From a bacterium (GTDB lineage: Bacteria > RBG-13-61-14 > DATKZS01), in the NCBI GenBank assembly GCA_963674965.2, contig CAXXFL010000007.1:640001-704000 (forward strand): a stretch of 64,000 bases of DNA, given 5' to 3'. A model generated the notes under the pieces. It did no database searches, had not been told where the DNA came from, and saw nothing but the letters and a program-made list of their open reading frames with translations. Numbering within the stretch: the stretch's first letter is position 1; every line of letters begins with the position of its first letter. The position numbers and the translations under genes were made by a program. Shown in pieces: positions 53,119 to 62,620 of this stretch.

Positions 53119-54153
53119 CTACCTTCCGCCGCCCATGTTTTTACCTGAGAGTGAGAAAGCCATATCAATAAATGGCCCGATTGATTTTCCGATGATGGCA
53201 GTGCCCGTATCATGAGGGGACGGGAAATTGAATTTACTTTTCGCCGCGCCATTCAGGGCAAAATCATGACCTTCAATATTGACAATGCAGAAGAGGCTGT
53301 CCCGACATTCGAGAATCACTTCATCAAAACGGAAGGGCCAGTCTCCTTCATAGTCTTGTTTTGAGATCAGCGCCGAAGGCCACGGGCTGCCTAAGACATC
53401 CTCTTTTTTCCTCTGAGTCCACTTATCCTTTGACTGTTGAAAATACTTGGCTGAACGCCGATAGTCGATTGTGCCGAACTCCTCATCCTTCATCTTGATA
53501 AAATCAGAGACTATCGAGGACATCTGCTGAAGTCTTCCGCCATGCCCGCCCAGAGTGAATTGCATCGTAATCGCCCTGCACAATCTTTCCAGCTTTGAAA
53601 TAATCTTAGCGTTCACTTTCGGATAATAGTCTCGATACAGGGCATCCATTGAGTCCCCGGTGATGTAGGGGCTTGGGTCTTCAATCGCTTTTTCAAGTTC
53701 CTCCCACTCCGCTTTTGTTTTGATGGGCGGATGCGAACTTCCCGTAACGATGTCCAGGTTGTAATACCGGGCCTTCTGACCAAACTCCGACAGGACGTGA
53801 ATGATTTTATCCAGCAAAGGGTCCGTCTTCAGATAGTCAAGATCATCGATTAAGAGCGGCTTATCGTTTGTGGAAAAATAGTCGGCCACGAGATTTTGCT
53901 TTAGTTTCTCCAAATCATGCCCAAGTTTGATGAGAAATTTCGTGTCTGGAAATTTTCCAGTTCTCGCTTCATGGACAAGGCAGAAGAAACATTTTATGAG
54001 GCGTTCAAAACCACTAGCGAGCAACAGTTGCGGAAGATGAAAGAAATCATCGCCCATGCGGATTTCCTGCAATTCACCGAACCCGGAGACAATCAGGTTC
54101 TTGGCAAGTTCCAGTTCCTCGATGAGGCACGTGGTTTTCATTGAATCGTTCAT
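53119..54153 (-). CDS. Low-GC HEPN-like hypothetical protein
   Basis: SGFERLIK, GHDLEKL, ARYYNLD pattern; GC clearly lower than flanks. Confidence 0.6.
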   Translation of the reverse strand: MNDSMKTTCLIEELELAKNLIVSGFGELQEIRMGDDFFHLPQLLLASGFERLIKCFFCLVHEARTGKFPDTKFLIKLGHDLEKLKQNLVADYFSTNDKPLLIDDLDYLKTDPLLDKIIHVLSEFGQKARYYNLDIVTGSSHPPIKTKAEWEELEKAIEDPSPYITGDSMDALYRDYYPKVNAKIISKLERLCRAITMQFTLGGHGGRLQQMSSIVSDFIKMKDEEFGTIDYRRSAKYFQQSKDKWTQRKKEDVLGSPWPSALISKQDYEGDWPFRFDEVILECRDSLFCIVNIEGHDFALNGAAKSKFNFPSPHDTGTAIIGKSIGPFIDMAFSLSGKNMGGGR

Positions 54154-54184
54154 TTATTGTTCTCGATCATCGCGCCACAACGCT

Positions 54185-54383
54185 GGGTGGCACATGCATT
54201 TTCACAAAATGCATGGGTGGCGTAGCCGCGGGCTGAGTATTGCCATTTCCTAAATTACGCGCGGATTGTTTTTAGCTCCTCCACTTGAAAAAGGCCTTTC
54301 GATACGATTGGCGTAAGAAGCGATCAGCCCGCGGCTTCGCCGCCCACGCAATATTGAAGACAATATTGCATGATGGGCCACCC
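54185..54383. repeat. Family A palindromic element (full copy)
   Basis: Terminal IR GGGTGGCACAT/ATGGGCCACCC, arm IR GGCGTAGCCGCGGGCTGA/TCAGCCCGCGGCTTCGCC, two side hairpins. Confidence 0.8.
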
Positions 54384-54385
54384 TT

Positions 54386-54457
54386 CGCCCTAGCCCCTAA
54401 AGCTTGACGGCCTGGCCCAGGCGCGACGATTTGTAGGCGGCCTCCAGAATCCTCATG
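54386..54457. repeat. Direct repeat copy 2 (3' end of the intact oxidoreductase)
   Basis: Matches 52891-52962. Confidence 0.92.
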
Positions 54458-55398
54458 TTGACCAGGCCCTCGTCAAGGCCGGGGGAGGGCGCCTTCCTGG
54501 TGGCCACGCTTGAGAGGAAACACGACATCTGCCGGTCGTACATGACCTGGGCGCAGTGGTCCTCCCGGGGGGGCAGGGCAGGATGGAAGGTCCCCATCCG
54601 CCCATCCATCTCGAGTTTCACCTCGGTGGGAAAAACCCGAGCGTAGCCCCTGGTCCCGAACAACTGGGTGCTCGCCTCGGGGCCGTCCATGTGGGGGTTC
54701 CACCAGCCGCTCTCGACCACCGAGACCACCCCGTTCTTCCATTTGATGAAAAGCACTCCCACGTCGTCAACCTTATAGTCGCCGTACCTCGTGTCAACGT
54801 GGGCGTACACGCTCGCGGGCGCCGGGTCCCCCATCAAGTAGCGCGTCGTGTCGATGGCGTGAACGCCCATGTCCACCAGGGCCCCGCCGCCGGCCAGCTT
54901 CTTGTCCACGAACCAGCCGGACGGTCCCCATAAGGCGTGGACGCCGTAGCTCTTGGTCTTGACCACGTCTCCGATCCGGCCGGACTTCACCGCTTCCCGG
55001 ACGTAGTTCACCTCCTCGTCGAAGCGCCACATGTGCCCGACCAGGACCACCCGCTTTTTGCGCCGCGCCGCCCGGGCTATTTCCATGGCCTCGGCCGCGG
55101 TCACGCTCATGGGTTTCTCGAGCAGCACGTCCTTGCCCGCCTCGATCATGGCTATCGAGTGGGGAGCGTGATACCTGTTGGGATGGGCGATGACCGCGGC
55201 GTCCACCTCCTTCCTCTTAACCAGCGCCGAGGCGGAGGTGGTGGCGTAGGGGACCCCGTATTTTTGAGCGAACCTCTCGGCCGACTCCCGGGTGCGGGCG
55301 CAGACCGCGACGATCCTGGCCCCGCAATTCTGCGCCGCCCGGGCGTGCATGTTCCCGATGAAACCCGCGCCGATGATGGCCAACCCGATTTCCTTCAT
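54397..55398 (-). CDS. Gfo/Idh/MocA family oxidoreductase
   Basis: IGAGFIG, EKPM, GGGALVDMGVHAID. Confidence 0.92.
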   Translation of the reverse strand: MKEIGLAIIGAGFIGNMHARAAQNCGARIVAVCARTRESAERFAQKYGVPYATTSASALVKRKEVDAAVIAHPNRYHAPHSIAMIEAGKDVLLEKPMSVTAAEAMEIARAARRKKRVVLVGHMWRFDEEVNYVREAVKSGRIGDVVKTKSYGVHALWGPSGWFVDKKLAGGGALVDMGVHAIDTTRYLMGDPAPASVYAHVDTRYGDYKVDDVGVLFIKWKNGVVSVVESGWWNPHMDGPEASTQLFGTRGYARVFPTEVKLEMDGRMGTFHPALPPREDHCAQVMYDRQMSCFLSSVATRKAPSPGLDEGLVNMRILEAAYKSSRLGQAVKL

Positions 55399-56408
55399 CC
55401 TTCTTCCTCCCCCGTTGAAAGCTCCTCTATTCGCTTCTCCAGTTCGGCCTGGAGGCGGCCCCTTTTCTCGCCGTCCAGCTTGATCGAGAGCGCGTCGAGC
55501 GCCTTTAGCGCGCCGCCCAAAAGGGGCGGGCAGTCCAGCGCGATCAGCCGGACGCGAGGGAACTCCGCCGCGACCGTCTCGCCTATGGCCTCGACCAGCG
55601 CCGGGTGCGAGCCTTTCTGAAGAACGCTACCGCCCAGGGCCAGGACCACGCTTTCTTCCTTGTTAAAGAGCCGCCTCATCACCGCCAGGGCCGCCTCGCC
55701 GGCCGCCTTGCCCTGGTCCTTTAAAATCTCCCGCGCCGCGCGGTCTCCCTCCGCCGCCGCCTCGAACACCAGCGGAGCCAGAGCGGCGGGATCGAGCGGA
55801 TCGGGCGAGTCGAAATACTCGCGCTCGATTATGTCCACGAGCGCCTCGAGGCCGAGCGCTTTCTTGAATTTTTCCTCCAAGAGTCCGGGGACGGACCTTC
55901 CGTCTATTCCCTTCATGGCCTCGACCAGGCCGGCCAGGGCAATGGACCCGCCGTTGGCCTTGTCGCCCGTGATCGGCCCCAGGCCCCAGGCTTTCCTTAT
56001 CCGTCCATCCGCGCCCACGCCGATGCAGTTCGAGCCGGCGCCGCCTATTAGCGCCACGCCCACGCCGTCGGGAGTGGCGGCGCGGAGGGCGAGGAGGGAG
56101 TCGTTAACCAGCTCGCTTTTTTCCGCGGGATCGATCGGCCCCAGTATCTCCTCGAATACCAGGAAGTCCTTGTCCCGGTCGGCCCCGGCCAGGCCGTAGC
56201 AGGCCGCGTCCACCTTGCCGATCCCGGCCTCCTCCAGAGCGTCGCCTATCACGCGGGCCAGGGCCTTCCGGGAAGCGGCCCGGCCTATGCCCTGGAAGTT
56301 GCATCCTCCCGCCCTCGCCAGGGACAAGACCTCGCCCGACCCGGCGGCCACGCAGGCCAGGGTCTTCGAGTTGCCGCCGTCCACGGCCAGTACTATCCGC
56401 CCGCTCAC
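55395..56408 (-). CDS. BadF/BadG/BcrA/BcrD-family sugar kinase (GlcNAc-kinase-like)
   Basis: VDGGNSKT, GLAGAD, VND, GAGSNC, GGSV. Confidence 0.88.
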   Translation of the reverse strand: MSGRIVLAVDGGNSKTLACVAAGSGEVLSLARAGGCNFQGIGRAASRKALARVIGDALEEAGIGKVDAACYGLAGADRDKDFLVFEEILGPIDPAEKSELVNDSLLALRAATPDGVGVALIGGAGSNCIGVGADGRIRKAWGLGPITGDKANGGSIALAGLVEAMKGIDGRSVPGLLEEKFKKALGLEALVDIIEREYFDSPDPLDPAALAPLVFEAAAEGDRAAREILKDQGKAAGEAALAVMRRLFNKEESVVLALGGSVLQKGSHPALVEAIGETVAAEFPRVRLIALDCPPLLGGALKALDALSIKLDGEKRGRLQAELEKRIEELSTGEEEG

Positions 56409-56423
56409 CGCGCTCTCCCCCCG

Positions 56424-57704
56424 TCAGTCCTGCATAAGCTCATGGGAGTTGGCGCGGATTTTCTCGATGGCCTCGACGATCTGCTTCATGTCCGCCTTTT
56501 TGGACAGGAGCATGGACTGGTGAAAATTGACCGACTCCTCCCGGTAGGCCCGCTCGCATACGGGCAGCTTGAAGCGGGACGGGTCGATCCGCTTCAGGTG
56601 GTCCTTGCCGAGGTTATGGCGCCTCTTGGTCAGGGGCCGGTACAAGGAGCAGTCGTTAAGGGGAACGTAGCAGGGCTCGGCCTGAAGCCCGAGCTCGAAC
56701 CCGAGGGCAAGGCGGAACTTCCATACGTCGAGTCCATCGAACGCCTCCGCGTCGTAGCGGAAGGCGAAGTTGAAGTAGCTCTGGGAGGTGGTCCGCTCGT
56801 CGCGCTTCATGGGCGTAACGCCCGGGACCTTCTCCAGGAGCCCGTTCAGATATCTGGCGTTGGCGTCCCTTTTCTTCACCTGGGCGGGCAGGCGCCGGAG
56901 CTGCTCGAGGAGCACGGCGGACTGGAAGTCGGAAATCCTGTAGTTGCCGGACTGGATAAAGTCTCCCTCCGCCCCGTACTTGCCCGAGCCCTTGTCCGAC
57001 CCGGCGTCCATCATCTCGGGACGCCTGCCGCAGTTCCGGAGCGCGTCGAGCCTCATGAAAAGGTCGCGGCTCGAGGTGGTCAGCGCCCCGCCCTCCCCTC
57101 CGGTCATGACCTTCGAGAGCTGGAAGCTGAAGCTGCCTATGTCTCCGATGCTTCCCGCTGGTTTCCCCCTCCAGGCCGAGCCGTGCTGGTGGGCGCAGTC
57201 CTCGATAACGGCCAGCTTGCGCCGCCTGGCCAGCTTCATGATCGCGTCCATGTCGGCCATGCACCCGTAAAGATGCACGGGGATGACGGCCAGCGTTCGG
57301 GATGTAATCGCCGCCTCGGCCGCCTTCGGGTCCAGGCACCAGGTATCCGGGTCCACGTCCACCAGCACGGGCACGGCGTTGACGTCGAGCACGGCCGCGG
57401 CCGTGGCCTGCCAGGTGAGGCCCGGCACGATGACCTCGTCGCCGTACCCCACGTCCAGGGCCTCGAGGGCGAGCTGAAGGCTGACCGTGCCATTGGCAAC
57501 GGACAGGGCGTATTTGCTCTGAATGAATTTCGCGAAAGCGGCGTTGAATTTTCTCTCCATGGATCCGTTGTAGGACCAGACGCCGCTCTCGAGGACCTTC
57601 CCAAGGTTCCGTCTCTCACCCTCCCCCCAGATCGGCCACTTGGGCCAGGGGTCCTTTTTCGCGTCCCTTACCGGTTTCCCGCCCTTGATCGCTAACTTGG
57701 CCAT
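56424..57704 (-). CDS. DegT/DnrJ/EryC1/StrS sugar aminotransferase (RifK/BtrR-like)
   Basis: WPKWP, NGT, EDCAH, SFQLSKVMTGGEGG, GNYR. Confidence 0.9.
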   Translation of the reverse strand: MAKLAIKGGKPVRDAKKDPWPKWPIWGEGERRNLGKVLESGVWSYNGSMERKFNAAFAKFIQSKYALSVANGTVSLQLALEALDVGYGDEVIVPGLTWQATAAAVLDVNAVPVLVDVDPDTWCLDPKAAEAAITSRTLAVIPVHLYGCMADMDAIMKLARRRKLAVIEDCAHQHGSAWRGKPAGSIGDIGSFSFQLSKVMTGGEGGALTTSSRDLFMRLDALRNCGRRPEMMDAGSDKGSGKYGAEGDFIQSGNYRISDFQSAVLLEQLRRLPAQVKKRDANARYLNGLLEKVPGVTPMKRDERTTSQSYFNFAFRYDAEAFDGLDVWKFRLALGFELGLQAEPCYVPLNDCSLYRPLTKRRHNLGKDHLKRIDPSRFKLPVCERAYREESVNFHQSMLLSKKADMKQIVEAIEKIRANSHELMQD

Positions 57705-57746
57705 CCAAGACCTCCTCTTCATTTTTCAGTTCATGCACCGTCTCTT

Positions 57747-59021
57747 TTATACTCGACTCTCGAGGCGAATAGCGTGAGTTTCGAGAATATCGTCCAGCAC
57801 CCTCGCCGCCGCGTCCGCGTCCGGTCCCAGCGGATGCACGGCAAGCGCGGCAATCGCGGCGTCTCGGCTGCCCTCCACCGCGGCCTTGACCGTCAGGGTC
57901 TCGTAGGACTTGACCGCGTGCATAAGTCCCTTTATCTCGAGCGGCAACCCCCCGACGGGGATGGGAGACGCGCCGCCGCGGCCGACCCGGCAATACAGCT
58001 CGACGGCCGCCTGGCCGGGCAGGTCGGGAATGGCCCCCCCGTTGAGCGTAATAAGGACCTGCTTGTCTCCCCGGTCCAGCGCCGCGGACTCGATATACTG
58101 GAGGGCCGCCGCCGAGTAGTTGGCCCCGCCTCTTTGTCCCAGTTCCTCCGGCTTCTTGTCCCGAGCGGGGTCGGCGTAAATTTTCATGAGGGCGGCCTCG
58201 ATCTCCATTACCTCCTCCGCCCGGGTCTTGGCCCTGGTCCCCTGTTTCTCGATCATGGTCCGGGTAAGGTAATAGTACCGGAGGTAATGCATGGGGACCA
58301 TGCCGAGGGCTTTGAGAAACTCGGCCGGGTACTCGATCTCCTCGAGGTTGGCGGGCCTGGCCGACGACCCGGCCCAGCCCAGGACCCGGCCGGTCACGTC
58401 CTCCCCCTTTAGCCTGACCCGTCTGACCCAGCTCAGGTGGTTGAGGCCCACGTAGTCGAGGTCCAACTCGTCTCGATCGACGCCCAGGGCCCGGGCCAGC
58501 TCGAGGTGGAAGGTAAGGGGAATATTGCAAAGGCCAACGGCCTTGACCCGCGAGTGATTAAGGACCGCCTCCGTGACAATGCCGGAGGGATTGGTGAAAT
58601 TGACCAGACCGGCCTCCGGGCAATTCCTCTCCATGGACCGGCAGATATCGAGCATGGCCGGGATAGTCCGAAGCGCCTTGGCAAAGCCGCCCACGCCGGT
58701 GGTCTCCTGGCCGATGAGGCCATGACGGGCGCCTAATAGCTCGTCCTTTTTCCGAGCCTCGGCGCCGCCGACCCGTATTTGAGCGACCACGAAATCCGCT
58801 CCGGCCAGGGCCTTTTCCAGATCAATGGTTTTCGAGACGACGGCCGCCGCCCCCGCCGCGCGCGCCATGCGCAGGCAAAAGCCGTGGACCGCCTCCAGCC
58901 TCGGCCCGTTCACGTCGTGAAGGCAAACCTCCCCGATCGAAAGCGCCTCGGCCCGGGCCAGGGCGCCCTCAAGCAGTTCGGGGGTATAGGAACTGCCGCC
59001 TCCTATGACGGCGATCTTCAT
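57747..59021 (-). CDS. GH4 6-phospho-beta-glucosidase-like
   Basis: MKIAVIGGGSSYTPE, GQETTGVGG, NFTNP, GLCN, GLNH, RGGANYS. Confidence 0.92.
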   Translation of the reverse strand: MKIAVIGGGSSYTPELLEGALARAEALSIGEVCLHDVNGPRLEAVHGFCLRMARAAGAAAVVSKTIDLEKALAGADFVVAQIRVGGAEARKKDELLGARHGLIGQETTGVGGFAKALRTIPAMLDICRSMERNCPEAGLVNFTNPSGIVTEAVLNHSRVKAVGLCNIPLTFHLELARALGVDRDELDLDYVGLNHLSWVRRVRLKGEDVTGRVLGWAGSSARPANLEEIEYPAEFLKALGMVPMHYLRYYYLTRTMIEKQGTRAKTRAEEVMEIEAALMKIYADPARDKKPEELGQRGGANYSAAALQYIESAALDRGDKQVLITLNGGAIPDLPGQAAVELYCRVGRGGASPIPVGGLPLEIKGLMHAVKSYETLTVKAAVEGSRDAAIAALAVHPLGPDADAAARVLDDILETHAIRLESRV

Positions 59022-60022
59022 CTTATTCCTCGCCGGGGAAGCTCGATCTTCTCGCCGTCGGAGAAAAAAACCATCTCGGGCGTGAACTCCATCTTGATCC
59101 GGTCGCCGGGAGTCTCGGCTATGGTCCGATCCAGCGAGGAGAGCGGACTCAGTGCGACGGGCCAGGTTATGGTCGTCTCCTTGCCTCGGGCCAGGTCCAT
59201 GGAGTGGTAATAAAGGGAAACCCTCTTCTCGTCCCTGCCCGTCTTGGGCGACAGAACAAGCTCCCCCTCCAGGGCCGAGATGTTCTTGCCCGACTCGTTT
59301 CTGAGGGTCACGTCTATCTCGAGGCCGTCGCCGATGACCCACTTGCCCTCCACCGCCCGTTTCTCTATGTTCAGGATTTTCACGGCCCGGTCCAGCTTTT
59401 CCCGCACCGGCTCGTTCAAGCGCCTAGCTCGCTCCAACTCCTCGCTCTTGAGCATATCCAAAAGCTCGGGCAGGTTCGATATCTCGACCACCTTGAGATG
59501 GCCCTCCTCGGTCCCGCTCATGAGCAGCTCGATCTCGTAATCGACGTCCCGCGTTTTATCGCGGACCTCGATCACCACCGTGCGAAATTCCCCGCGCTTT
59601 CCCTTTTTCTTGATGCCCCTGAAGCTCACGTCCCCCAGGCTTTTCAGATCGGTCCCGCCGACCCGCGTTTTGTCGGCGTCATGACCCGCGCCTCCGGTGG
59701 TCACCCATTTCTCGACGGCCTCCTTGGCGCTCCTGGCGGCCAGGGGCTTGGTAAGCCTGGCCAGGCCCGAGACGATCTCGGAAAGCAGGCCGTCCTTCTT
59801 GTCCATGGAGTCGGCCACCCGGTCGTATCCCCGGCTGATGACCGAGTCGACGTCCACGTACTCGTTGAAGCCGTCAAGGTCCCGCTCGGCCGCGGCCAGC
59901 CTGATCCTCGCCAGGGCGTACTCGGGCGAGGCCTTGTAGTATCCATGCCCGAGATAGCCCAGCGCCGCCGCCGCGACGATCAGCGCGAGCGCAAGAGCGA
60001 CCTTGTTCTTTTTACTCCCCAT
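59018..60022 (-). CDS. Membrane-anchored hypothetical protein (DUF2939-like N-domain)
   Basis: TM then SPEYAL..I..A..RD...F..YVD. Confidence 0.65.
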   Translation of the reverse strand: MGSKKNKVALALALIVAAAALGYLGHGYYKASPEYALARIRLAAAERDLDGFNEYVDVDSVISRGYDRVADSMDKKDGLLSEIVSGLARLTKPLAARSAKEAVEKWVTTGGAGHDADKTRVGGTDLKSLGDVSFRGIKKKGKRGEFRTVVIEVRDKTRDVDYEIELLMSGTEEGHLKVVEISNLPELLDMLKSEELERARRLNEPVREKLDRAVKILNIEKRAVEGKWVIGDGLEIDVTLRNESGKNISALEGELVLSPKTGRDEKRVSLYYHSMDLARGKETTITWPVALSPLSSLDRTIAETPGDRIKMEFTPEMVFFSDGEKIELPRRGIR

Positions 60023-60201
60023 GGCGTTCCTCCCCGTCGAGTGGTCCAGCGCCGAGGCCTTTCGCGATCATCGATCTCATGGCCCATATTATTGCACGCC
60101 GCCAAGCCGCCTATCAACGCCATATGTCCCATGGCCCGTCCCTTCGCCGGAGGGTGTTCGCCATAATTGAAGCGAGGGGTTTTCCGCGTACAATAAGTAA
60201 A

Positions 60202-61197
60202 ATGGAAGATCGATACAACGGACTCGTGGAGGCCGAGTCCTTACCTCCCCCTCTTCCCGGAGCGCCGGCCGCCCAAGGCCCTCCCAGGCTGTGGCCGCAC
60301 GCGCTCCTCCTGGCGGCGACCTTTTGCACGACCGCCGCGGCGGGCTCTTACCTGGCCCACTTCGACTCCGACTTCCGTATATTCTGGGCGTCCTTCAAGT
60401 ATCGGCCCGAGTGGATACTGGACGGGCTCGCCTTCGCCATCCCGCTCATGGCCATATTGATCTCCCACGAGTTGGGGCATTACATCCTTTCCCGCCATCA
60501 CGGGGTGGACAGTTCCCTGCCTTATTTTATTCCCGGCCCCAACCTGATCGGGACCTTCGGGGCGGTGATCCTTATGAAGTCCCGCGTGCCGGACAGGAGG
60601 GCGCTGTTCGACATAGGCGCGGCCGGTCCCCTGGCCGGGTTGGCCGTGGCCGTCTTCACCATGATAGCGGGCCTTCTCACCGCCAGGACCCAGTGGTTTT
60701 TTCCCGCCTACGAGTCCAAGGACTTCGTGCTTTTCCATCCGAACTTCCTGCTCATGATCTCGAGCGCCGTCTTTCCCTCCCCCCCGCCGCCGGAAGCCCT
60801 GGGCGCGCTTCCCGGCGCCATTGACGCCGTTCCCCTTTTAAACAGCCCGCTTATCGACGCGGCCTGCGTGGGCTTTCTCGTAACCATGCTGAACCTGATG
60901 CCTATCGGCCAGCTCGACGGCGGCCACGTGGCCTACGCCGTGTTCGGAAAACAAGCCGCCTGGCTGAACGCGGCCGCCATTATCGGCCTGCTCCTTATGG
61001 GCCTGGCCTGGATACCCTGGTTCGGGCTTCTTTTCATCCTGCTGGCGCTGATGGGCAGGAAGGCTTTCACTCATCCCCCCACCCTCGATCCCGAGGCGTC
61101 TCTCGGGACCGGCAGGATATTGCTGGCGGTCCTGGTCTTCATCCTTTTTATCATGATCCTCTCCCCCGAGCCCGTGAGCGTTTATATCAGCCAGTAA
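60202..61197 (+). CDS. Site-2 protease (peptidase M50)
   Basis: HELGH, GTFGA, AGPLAG, NLMPIGQLDGGH. Confidence 0.92.
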   Translation: MEDRYNGLVEAESLPPPLPGAPAAQGPPRLWPHALLLAATFCTTAAAGSYLAHFDSDFRIFWASFKYRPEWILDGLAFAIPLMAILISHELGHYILSRHHGVDSSLPYFIPGPNLIGTFGAVILMKSRVPDRRALFDIGAAGPLAGLAVAVFTMIAGLLTARTQWFFPAYESKDFVLFHPNFLLMISSAVFPSPPPPEALGALPGAIDAVPLLNSPLIDAACVGFLVTMLNLMPIGQLDGGHVAYAVFGKQAAWLNAAAIIGLLLMGLAWIPWFGLLFILLALMGRKAFTHPPTLDPEASLGTGRILLAVLVFILFIMILSPEPVSVYISQ

Positions 61198-61305
61198 ACG
61201 ACCACTCCGCCGGGCCGCGCACCCGGCGGCGCCGAGGCGCGCGTAAAGCCGATGAAGGACCCACCCTCGAGATTTCCTCTTGCGATTTTTTCCATGTCTA
61301 CTATA

Positions 61306-61315
61306 CTTGTACAAG
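61306..61315. promoter_or_regulatory. Putative TA operator palindrome CTTGTACAAG
   Basis: Perfect 10-bp palindrome overlapping TTGCGA-N16-TATACT, upstream of the antitoxin. Confidence 0.5.
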
Positions 61316-61353
61316 AAGGACATTAATTACATATAATGAAGGGAGAAACGTTC

Positions 61354-61611
61354 ATGAGGAACAGGTTTTCCATGGGAGAGGCGAGAAAGAACCTGACGGA
61401 CATCGTCGGCAGGGTTGCCTACGGGGGAGAGCGCATAGCGATCGGCCGGCGCGGCAAGGACTTGGCCGTCCTGGTTTCCATCGAGGACGCCGAGCTTCTC
61501 GAGTACCTGGAGGACAGGGAGGACGTCCGCGCCGCCCGCAAGGCGATGAAGGAGGGGGGGAAGAGCCTTGACTGGGAAGAGGCGAAAAAGAAACTCCGCC
61601 TGGACAAATGA
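61354..61611 (+). CDS. Phd/YefM family antitoxin
   Basis: SMGEARKNLTDIV..V..GERI.I.RRGK..AVLVS. Confidence 0.9.
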   Translation: MRNRFSMGEARKNLTDIVGRVAYGGERIAIGRRGKDLAVLVSIEDAELLEYLEDREDVRAARKAMKEGGKSLDWEEAKKKLRLDK

Positions 61612-61868
61612 GCTACAAGATCGAAATCAGGCCCCGGGCGCTAAGGTCGCTCGCTAAAATCCCGGAGCCTGACCGAGGTCGTATAATAAAACGGATCGAC
61701 CGGCTTGGAGACGACCCTCGCCCGGAGGGGAGCAAAAAGCTGAAGGGGGCCGACGACCTTTACAGGATTCGGGTTGGCGACTACCGCGTGGTATATGGAA
61801 TTCGAGACGCCATTCTCACAGTACTCGTCGTGAGAGTCGCTCATCGCCGGGACGTTTACGGGAAATGA
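61608..61868 (+). CDS. RelE/ParE family toxin
   Basis: PRPEGSKKLKG..YRIRVGDYRVVY..HRRDVY; ATGA overlap with the antitoxin. Confidence 0.93.
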   Translation: MSYKIEIRPRALRSLAKIPEPDRGRIIKRIDRLGDDPRPEGSKKLKGADDLYRIRVGDYRVVYGIRDAILTVLVVRVAHRRDVYGK

Positions 61869-61895
61869 GGCATTGCCGAGGGAAGGAGACTTCAA

Positions 61896-62507
61896 TTGAT
61901 TTTATTCGACGAGCTTTTGGATACTCTGGACTTCAAGGCGAAGGCGGAAAAACTGGCGGCCGATTTCAGGGAGAAAAACGGCCTGGGCCGGATACACCAG
62001 CTCGGCCTCGTGGTCCCGGACGTGGAGGCGGCGGCCCTTGCTCTCGAGTCGAGGGGGCTGGGCCCGTTTTTCATCGCCTCCGGCGCCCCGGTGCTTTGGA
62101 GGGAAAAGGGCCGGGACCTCTCGTTCAAGGGAAAGCTGGGCATGGCCATGCACCGCGGGTTCGAGCTCGAGCTTCTCGAGCCGGGGGCAGGCTCGAGTTT
62201 TTACGGGGATTGCGTGGACCGGGCGGGCAAGATAGTAGTCCAGCACCTCGGCCTTCTGGTGGAGGAGGTGGACGAGTGGTCGGGCCGGCTTTCCGGCCAG
62301 GGCTGTCCGGTCCGGGTAAGGGGCCGCATCAAAACGGGCCCCCTTACGACGGACTTCGCCTACATGGACACCATGGAGGAGGCCGGCCTCGTGATCGAGT
62401 TCATAAGCTGGAAGGTCCTCGGACGCGGCTTCACGCCGCCGGGCGGGCTCTACCACGCGCTGGGCAAAGTCCAGAAGCTCACCGGCTGGAGGAGCCTTTC
62501 GACCTGA
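61896..62507 (+). CDS. VOC/glyoxalase family protein (methylmalonyl-CoA epimerase-like)
   Basis: HQLGLVVPDVE, ELELLEP, QHLG, FAYMDT..IEF. Confidence 0.82.
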   Translation: MILFDELLDTLDFKAKAEKLAADFREKNGLGRIHQLGLVVPDVEAAALALESRGLGPFFIASGAPVLWREKGRDLSFKGKLGMAMHRGFELELLEPGAGSSFYGDCVDRAGKIVVQHLGLLVEEVDEWSGRLSGQGCPVRVRGRIKTGPLTTDFAYMDTMEEAGLVIEFISWKVLGRGFTPPGGLYHALGKVQKLTGWRSLST

Positions 62508-62620
62508 GATTAATGGCCGGAACAATCCTCCGGCGCGCTCTTCGTTTCTCCTCCCGACGTTTGCCGGTTGGGGTTTTGAGGGCTATGATATTTTCATAAC
62601 AATCAATAAGGAGGCTTGGA

